Virus record (IMG/VR): IMGVR_UViG_3300020056_002227
Coordinates: 64,001 to 128,000 of that record
Source: a virus
Length of the DNA: 64,000 bases
Direction: 5' to 3' (one strand)
In this document: positions 57,252-64,000 of the stretch, piece after piece
Layout: each line of letters starts with the position of its first letter
Position numbering within the stretch: position 1 is the stretch's first letter
The notes under the pieces: model-generated
The model's database searches: none
What the model was told of the DNA's origin: nothing
Seen by the model: the letters and a program-made list of their open reading frames with translations, nothing else
Translations under genes and position numbers: made by a program

Positions 57252-60200
57252 ATGAGCATCAAGATAAAGGTTGGCGGATCTAAATCGATTCGATCTGTAC
57301 CTAAACAAGATTCGACTCGTACAGTTGTTGCCGCAGGTGAGAAAAAGCCTGTAATTACCCCAGATTCTATCGCCCTTGGTGTAGATACTGTTGGTGCTTA
57401 TGTTCGTAGCATCCAAGAAGGTATTGGGCTTGATGTAACTCTTAATAATAGAGAAGATGCAGAAGTAACGATTTCACACGAAATCACAACTGCCGAAGTT
57501 AGTTCCAATAATTCGATTTTAGGGTTCACACGAAATGTAGATATTGATCAGTTTGGTCATGTCACTGCGTTCTACAATTCTTCACTCAATCCTGATAATT
57601 TTACCTCTGATGGTACCATCATTACTGCCAAAGATATCGTCTTTGGTAATACTGCCATCACAATCGGTGAATCTACTGATACAATAGAAGGTCTATCGTC
57701 ATTTAATGTGGGTAATCTTACACTCACTGGTAGTACGATTTCATCTCCAGCGACAATCAATTTCAATTCAAATACATCGCTGATTAATGTCGGTGGAGCA
57801 ACCATCACTGGTCTCGGTACACCTACAGGGCCGTCTGATGCAGTAACAGTAGACTACTTAAGCAATTCTCTTACGACTGTACCAGATCCAGTAGACCCCA
57901 CCGACGCTGCAAATAAGAGATACGTAGATCTTCAAAGAGATAATATTCTTTCTAGGATGACTGCTCTTGCAGCAACCACTGCTGATCTGGGTTCGAACTA
58001 CACGTTCTCGGGTAATACAATTACTAGAATACCCGGGCCGAGTTTTCAGATTGATGCTGTAACCGTATGGGAAGTTGGTGACGGTCTCTTAGTAAAAGAT
58101 CAGAATGACCCTACACAAAATGGTCACTACCAGTTAACACAGAAAGGTGATGCTACAACACCTTGGATCTTAGAGAGATCGACACTCACAAATGAATCTG
58201 GTGAGATTGCTGGCAATGCAGTATTTGTAACCGATGGTTTTGCTAATAAGCATACAGGGTGGGTTGCAACTGTAGAGGATGATGAGAGGTTTATTCTAGG
58301 TACGGATGATATCACCTATGTTCAATTCCAAGGTGAGGGTCTTTATACAGCTGGTCGAGGGCTTACACTACTCAATAATACAGAATTTGAGGTCGACCAT
58401 ACCCAAACCTTCTCTACTATTAATGGTCTTGGTGATAATCTGATTATATCATCTACTTTGGTAGATGTCAATAGTAATGGCGGATTAATTTTACCAGTTG
58501 GTACAACACTTCAGAGACCAACACCACAGCAAGGAATGATTCGGTATAATACTACCGATTCCAGATTTGAAGCATATAATGGTGTTACATGGTCTGGGTT
58601 AGGTGGTGTAGTTGATGCTGACCAAGACACATACATTCGAGCAGAAACTTCTGCTGGTGCTGATGGTGATGACCTTGAGTTCTTTACTGCAAATGTTCGT
58701 AGATTAACCATTGATGATCAAGGTGATTTAAAATACGGTGTTGCCAGTAACCGATTTACAGTAGATTTTAATACTGGTGATGCAATATTCAAAGGTGCTG
58801 TAGATTTTCAGGCCAGATCAGCAATAACAATTCCTCGTGGATTCACGATAGAAAGACCAAGCACTCCTGTTGCTGGTATGATTCGCTTCAATGATACTAC
58901 GGATTCTTTCGAGGGATACAATGGAAATAACTGGGGTACCCTAGGTGGTCTGGTAGATTCTGACCAAGACACCTATATTCGGGTAGAAGCTTCACCCGGC
59001 ACAGATAATGATGATATCGAATTCTATACTCGAGGCACAAGAAGGTTAACAATTGACCAAGACGGCAATATCAATATTGGTGCCGCAAGCAACAAAATAA
59101 CAATTGATTATCTGACGGGTGATACCGTATTTGCCGGCAGTGTTGACTTTAATTCTGTAGGTGCAATTACGGTTCCAAATGGTGCAACCGTTCAAAGACC
59201 ATTAACACCCGACGAAGGGATGCTTCGTTTCAATAGCACAGATGGCAGATTTGAAGGCTATGACGGCACAAACTGGGCTGGACTTGGTGGTGTTTCAGAC
59301 CTAGATAATGATACCTATATCAAGGCAGAAACAAATCCTGGTGATGACAATGATCGACTTGATTTCTATACTGCTGGTGTTGAAAGAATCCGTCTTAACA
59401 GTCTCGGTAATTTCAGATTCGGTCAAAATTTTGACAAGTTCACAGTTGACTATGCTACTGGCCACGGTTCATTTGCAGGTACTCTGGATGTAGGAAATCA
59501 ATTAACTGCCGCAAGTGCTGCAGTACAAGATCTCACGATTGCTAGAGTTGTCCACGTTGGTAATAACGGTGAATTGATCGACGATGATGGATTTACATTC
59601 TTCAATGATGAACTGACAGTACCAGATCTTCATGCGACTGGTGATTTAACCGTTGATGGTGATACGTCATTTGGTCAATTATCAGTTGGTGATCTCACAC
59701 CAAATCGTGTTATATTTGCAGGACCAGATGGTAGATTAACAACCGACACAACACTTAGATTCAGCACCACCGGGCCTCGTATGGTGGTCAAGGGCTTCCT
59801 TGACGTAGAAAAAGATCTTACTATCGGTGGTAATTTAATTATTGGTGATGCTGCTACTGATACAGTTACAGTCGTTTCAGATTTTGATAGTAACTTGGTG
59901 CCAGATGAATTTGGTAATTACACACTCGGTACAATCGGTAAGAACTGGCATAGAGTCTTCACTCCCACAATTTTAAGTGATACTGAAATAGTCACGATTG
60001 ATGGTGCTGGTGCTCTTAAACTGCCTGTAGGTACACGTGCTGAAGGACCTGATGCCTCTACCCGTCAAGCAGGTATGATTCGATTTAATTCACAGGATAA
60101 TCGATTCGAAGGTTATGATGGGACACGATGGTCTGGTCTTGCAGGTTCGGTTGTAGATATTGACCAAGATACAAAGATTCTTGCTGAATCTACCTCTGAT

Positions 60201-61853
60201 GTAGATAGACTAGAATTCTTCACTCAGGGTGTTCGAAGATTCTTCATTGAAAATGATGGAAAGATTACCACCGATAGTGGTGTCGACCTTGTCTTTGATG
60301 TATCTGGTAATATCAATGTTGGTAATAGTATTATAACAGGTTTAGCCAAACCTGTCAACCCCACAGACGCAGTTAGTAAAGAATATTTGGAAGATGATTT
60401 TACGTCGACAATGACGTTCAATCAGGAGAACGGCCCTCTCACCGGAATTACTAGAACGGTAGATGCAGTTGCTGATCCCACAATTAATCTTGTAAATGGA
60501 TTAGAAATTAAGGCATTCGATACTGCCAATAACTCAATCGATCTTGGTCTTACGTCTCCAATGGCTGGTAGTACGGGGATATACGGTAATGATGGCTTTA
60601 CACCAAGAATCAGAATTACCGAAGATGGTCGAATTGATTTTGCTACCGAGATTCCAGTAGAACTCCAAGCCAACGCAATTCCAGACTTTACAGAAACTGC
60701 CCGTGACATTATTGCTCTGATGCTTGAAGAAGGTATTCAGAGAGGTATTGCTGTTACCAACGATGATGCCAATGATACAATGGATTTTATCGTCGATGAT
60801 TTTGATATCATATTGACAGGTGATGTTACAGGTACAGGTCGGGTTACAGCAGCGTCGAATACTACAATCAGTACGAGCTTTGATACAGTAGTTCTTGATC
60901 AACGATATCTCAACACGACTGGAGATACTGCAACAGGAAACCTTGCTGCTCCTAGATTTGTAGATTCTGGTAATACAGTATTTTATGTTGAACCGGCAGA
61001 TGTTTCAAGGATTAAAGATTTACACGTTGGATATCTAAACCAGTCTGCTAGAATTGATCTTTCAGATGGTATTGGTACTGTATCCACGATCTTTGCTCTT
61101 GGTGGAAAAATAGGTTTCTTAAATAGTGCTGCAAATTGGTCTTTAAATGTCGATAAGACTACGGGGCAATTATCGGCATTTGGGGATACTCATTCATATA
61201 AATTTGTAGATTTAGATGCCCCCACATATTTCTTGCATCCAGGTGATACCGATTCTGTATTCAAGCAATTGGCACTGGATAATCAACTTGATGTTGGTTC
61301 TAATTTAACGGTTGATTCATTAGGGCTTTCTACTGTAGCAGGTGATTTGATTCTTCGGCCTCAAAGTGGCACGATAGATGCAAACACATCAATTATTTCA
61401 AATCTGTCAGACCCGATTGCAAACCTTGATGCTGTCAATAAACAATATCTTGACGGGCAATTATCAACAAGTATTAATAATCTGGTCGGCGGTGCTGGTC
61501 TTACATATAATGCCAACACCACGACATTTGATGCAAACGTCGATAATATCACATTAGAAATTGTCGGCGATATTATAAGAGTAAAAGATAGCGGTATTGC
61601 AAATGCTAAGATCGCTAATCCCTTTATATCTTTTGCAGCCGAAACAGGGAATACAGATATTGTTTCTCTGGGTGAGGTAATTACCTTTGCAGCTGGAGAG
61701 GGTATTGATACACAGGTAAGTAATAACCAGATATTGATTGCTGGAGAATTGGCAACCACCACAAATGTAGGTGTTGCTTCTTTTGCCGCAGCCAATTTTA
61801 ACGTAAATTCAGGAGAGGTTACCGTCGCCGAAATAGACGGTGGTACTTTTTAA
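57252..61853 (+). CDS. long tail fibre-like protein
   Basis: DAA.K.YVD motifs, LLVKDQ..P.QNG.Y, four P.G....RP....GMIRFN....FEGY.G..W..LGG..D.D.DT repeats; ends IDGGTF. Confidence 0.82.
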   Translation: MSIKIKVGGSKSIRSVPKQDSTRTVVAAGEKKPVITPDSIALGVDTVGAYVRSIQEGIGLDVTLNNREDAEVTISHEITTAEVSSNNSILGFTRNVDIDQFGHVTAFYNSSLNPDNFTSDGTIITAKDIVFGNTAITIGESTDTIEGLSSFNVGNLTLTGSTISSPATINFNSNTSLINVGGATITGLGTPTGPSDAVTVDYLSNSLTTVPDPVDPTDAANKRYVDLQRDNILSRMTALAATTADLGSNYTFSGNTITRIPGPSFQIDAVTVWEVGDGLLVKDQNDPTQNGHYQLTQKGDATTPWILERSTLTNESGEIAGNAVFVTDGFANKHTGWVATVEDDERFILGTDDITYVQFQGEGLYTAGRGLTLLNNTEFEVDHTQTFSTINGLGDNLIISSTLVDVNSNGGLILPVGTTLQRPTPQQGMIRYNTTDSRFEAYNGVTWSGLGGVVDADQDTYIRAETSAGADGDDLEFFTANVRRLTIDDQGDLKYGVASNRFTVDFNTGDAIFKGAVDFQARSAITIPRGFTIERPSTPVAGMIRFNDTTDSFEGYNGNNWGTLGGLVDSDQDTYIRVEASPGTDNDDIEFYTRGTRRLTIDQDGNINIGAASNKITIDYLTGDTVFAGSVDFNSVGAITVPNGATVQRPLTPDEGMLRFNSTDGRFEGYDGTNWAGLGGVSDLDNDTYIKAETNPGDDNDRLDFYTAGVERIRLNSLGNFRFGQNFDKFTVDYATGHGSFAGTLDVGNQLTAASAAVQDLTIARVVHVGNNGELIDDDGFTFFNDELTVPDLHATGDLTVDGDTSFGQLSVGDLTPNRVIFAGPDGRLTTDTTLRFSTTGPRMVVKGFLDVEKDLTIGGNLIIGDAATDTVTVVSDFDSNLVPDEFGNYTLGTIGKNWHRVFTPTILSDTEIVTIDGAGALKLPVGTRAEGPDASTRQAGMIRFNSQDNRFEGYDGTRWSGLAGSVVDIDQDTKILAESTSDVDRLEFFTQGVRRFFIENDGKITTDSGVDLVFDVSGNINVGNSIITGLAKPVNPTDAVSKEYLEDDFTSTMTFNQENGPLTGITRTVDAVADPTINLVNGLEIKAFDTANNSIDLGLTSPMAGSTGIYGNDGFTPRIRITEDGRIDFATEIPVELQANAIPDFTETARDIIALMLEEGIQRGIAVTNDDANDTMDFIVDDFDIILTGDVTGTGRVTAASNTTISTSFDTVVLDQRYLNTTGDTATGNLAAPRFVDSGNTVFYVEPADVSRIKDLHVGYLNQSARIDLSDGIGTVSTIFALGGKIGFLNSAANWSLNVDKTTGQLSAFGDTHSYKFVDLDAPTYFLHPGDTDSVFKQLALDNQLDVGSNLTVDSLGLSTVAGDLILRPQSGTIDANTSIISNLSDPIANLDAVNKQYLDGQLSTSINNLVGGAGLTYNANTTTFDANVDNITLEIVGDIIRVKDSGIANAKIANPFISFAAETGNTDIVSLGEVITFAAGEGIDTQVSNNQILIAGELATTTNVGVASFAAANFNVNSGEVTVAEIDGGTF

Positions 61854-61895
61854 AAACTAGATCTATATAGATCGTGAAATGGAAAGGGCATTTAT

Positions 61896-64000
61896 ATGTC
61901 GACATTAATTAGGCTTCGCAGAAGTGCTGTCCCCGGCCGTGCACCGACTACTGCACAACTTGAATTGGGTGAGATCGCACTTAATACTGCTGACGGCAAA
62001 ATTTATATTAAGAAATACGATGCTGTTGCAAATACAGAAAGCATCGTAGAGTTCAGCGCTGATCCTAATGATATCTTGGCGCTGATCAAAACTGTCGATG
62101 GTGCCAACTCTGGACTAGATGCAGATTTACTTGATGGTTTAGATTCTACTCAATTCCTCCGTTCAGACCAAGACGATACCTTACAGGGTAGTCTAGTTAT
62201 TACTGGTGATCTTACTGTATCAGGAAATACGACATATGTCAATACAGAAACTATTAATCTTTCTGATAACATTATCACTCTTAATGCTAATCACACAGGC
62301 AGTCCGACTCAAAATGCTGGTCTCGAAGTTGAAAGAGGAACATCAAATACAGTAACACTTCAATGGAATGAAACTGGTGATTACTGGGAAATTGCTTCTG
62401 GTGGTATCACTGGCAGAATTCTTACTACTGGAGATGAGGGTGCTGGAAACGGTTTAGATTCCGACACACTCGATGGCCAAGAAGGCACATACTACCTAGA
62501 CTATAATAACTTCTTTAATGTACCCCCTGCAACACTTGACTTGACCTTAAACGGTAAAGTTACGGGTACTGCATTCTCTAATACCGGGGTGATGACCCTT
62601 ACCACAGAATTAGCAAATACTGGTGTGGTACCCGGTACTTATGGAACACCTTCACAGATCCCTGTCATTACAATAGATGAAGATGGTCGTATCACCTCCG
62701 CGGGTAATACCGCTGTAGCGGGGGTTGACAATTTTACATGGGATTCTTCGAATAACCAGTTAGTGTTGACTACGGGTGATGGTTCGATCTACAACATCTA
62801 CCTGAATCAATTCAAAGATATTACGGTAGAAGATCTTACAGCCAATTCGGTCAATATCACCAATCTAGGCTTCGATACACTCGATGTTGAAGGTGATATC
62901 AGCGCAAACAATATTCACGTTACTGGAACAATTGACGGTAGAGACATTGCAGCAGATGGTATTGTATTAGATGGTCTGGCTGCCGCAACCACTACACTCA
63001 ATATCTCTGGTAAAGTCACAGGATCTGCGGTATCAAATAATAATGTCATTGATATCGTTACCGAACTTGCAAATACTGGTGTTGTATCAGGAACCTATGG
63101 TACATCTTCACAAATACCTATCGTCACAGTTGATGAAGACGGCCGAATTACAGCAATGTCGAATACAGCCGTTGCTGGGGTTGATGCAGTTGAGTGGTAT
63201 AGTGCAAACAGTACCCTATCGATTCAGACCGGTGACGGTTCGGTTTTCAAGAATGCGATTGATCAATTCGACGAAATTACCGTTACTGGTGATATCATCG
63301 TCAATGGTACGGTTGATGGCAGAGACGTTGCATTAGATGGTGCAAAGCTTGATCGATTAGAAGAAGATTTAACTGTCACGTTAACCGGAAAGGTGACAGG
63401 AAGCGTGACATCAAACACAGGTATTGTGGCAATTCCCACCGAATTAGCAAATACTGGTGTTACTGCTGGAACATACGGTTCGGCAATAAGGGTACCAATT
63501 TTCACGGTTGATGAAGACGGTCGAATTACCAGTGCGACTGATGTTTCTTCCCCTTCTGGAACCACAGTACAGAATGTCGATTGGTTGGTTGCGAATAATA
63601 CCCTTCAAGTTTATTTGACAAACGGCACGCTGTTCAATACTCTGATAGATCAATTTACAGGTCTTGATGCAGATACTCTTGATGGTCTTCATGCAGCAGA
63701 TATCACAGCAATTGCGGCAAACAATGTTGGAAATGGTACAATTTCCATTGAGGCAAATACTGGTCTTACTGGTAGTGGCGTATTCACACTTAACCAATAC
63801 ACTGATCTTTCGATTGATATTGCTCATGCTGATACATCCTCAGTCACAGATACGAACAATGCTGATGGAAATGTTTTAAGAAACATCACCTTTGATACAT
63901 TCGGTCACGTTCAGACGATCAGTTCATTCGACCTCGATACCAGATATTATACCATCAATCAGTTAGATGGTGGTCAATTAGATAATCGTTATTATACTGA
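61896..64000 (+). CDS. tail fibre protein (3'-truncated by window end)
   Basis: Not in ORF track. MSTLIRLRRSAVPGRAPTTAQLELGEIALNTADGKIYIK, DGANSGLDADLLDG, three TELANTGV..GTYG....P..T.DEDGRIT repeats; appears open to the window end. Confidence 0.85.
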   Translation, partial: MSTLIRLRRSAVPGRAPTTAQLELGEIALNTADGKIYIKKYDAVANTESIVEFSADPNDILALIKTVDGANSGLDADLLDGLDSTQFLRSDQDDTLQGSLVITGDLTVSGNTTYVNTETINLSDNIITLNANHTGSPTQNAGLEVERGTSNTVTLQWNETGDYWEIASGGITGRILTTGDEGAGNGLDSDTLDGQEGTYYLDYNNFFNVPPATLDLTLNGKVTGTAFSNTGVMTLTTELANTGVVPGTYGTPSQIPVITIDEDGRITSAGNTAVAGVDNFTWDSSNNQLVLTTGDGSIYNIYLNQFKDITVEDLTANSVNITNLGFDTLDVEGDISANNIHVTGTIDGRDIAADGIVLDGLAAATTTLNISGKVTGSAVSNNNVIDIVTELANTGVVSGTYGTSSQIPIVTVDEDGRITAMSNTAVAGVDAVEWYSANSTLSIQTGDGSVFKNAIDQFDEITVTGDIIVNGTVDGRDVALDGAKLDRLEEDLTVTLTGKVTGSVTSNTGIVAIPTELANTGVTAGTYGSAIRVPIFTVDEDGRITSATDVSSPSGTTVQNVDWLVANNTLQVYLTNGTLFNTLIDQFTGLDADTLDGLHAADITAIAANNVGNGTISIEANTGLTGSGVFTLNQYTDLSIDIAHADTSSVTDTNNADGNVLRNITFDTFGHVQTISSFDLDTRYYTINQLDGGQLDNRYYT

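Noticed and set aside
61860-61873. Perfect 14-bp palindrome GATCTATATAGATC before the last fibre gene
   Set aside because: Single AT-rich occurrence with no T-tract and no second copy noticed; function unsupported
806-63879. Short ORFs from the track nested in or antisense to long genes (e.g. 9041-9493, 42289-42870, 45828-46382)
   Set aside because: Shadow ORFs of codon-biased genes with no recognisable motifs
52031-64000. Diversity-generating retroelement acting on fibre tips
   Set aside because: No reverse transcriptase and no near-identical TR/VR pair differing at adenines was seen in this window
1-64000. tRNAs, introns, inteins, homing endonucleases, integrase
   Set aside because: Intergenic gaps are under about 90 bp with no cloverleaf seen, and core genes have normal lengths; checked by eye only

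Overview
This 64-kb window is part of a T4-like (Tevenvirinae-related, probably marine) myovirus genome, gene-dense and in the standard genetic code. 1-8.3 kb (+ strand): sugar/DNA-modification genes (partial glycosyltransferase, DexA, UDP-glucose-dehydrogenase-like, GT-A glycosyltransferase), the gp45-gp44-gp62-RegA replication module, dUTPase, a small divergent secreted-protein/RHH pair, Hsp20 behind a ROSE-like RNA thermometer, and a peroxiredoxin. 8.3-13.2 kb (- strand): tail-assembly operon gp4-gp2-gp54-gp26-gp51-orf-tape measure. 13.3-64 kb (+ strand): baseplate genes (gp48, split gp53, hub, gp5, gp25, gp6, gp7, gp9-like, gp8) and about 35 kb of very large fibre/virion genes driven by NATAAATA late promoters. 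The most striking signal is a 3162-aa virion-cluster protein with 11 domains of about 140-165 aa that look like phycobiliprotein (globin-fold) chains and keep the bilin-attachment motif K-C-x-R-D; this suggests a pigment-binding virion protein. Second is a likely programmed -1 frameshift fusing gp26 to gp51, like lambda G/GT. Other notable items: a subtilase with an inserted cupredoxin-like domain, a Gly-X-Gln collagen 'beads-on-a-string' fibre, and a promoter-in-loop RBS hairpin. All family assignments come from motif recognition by eye; no searches were run, and reference sequences are quoted from memory.
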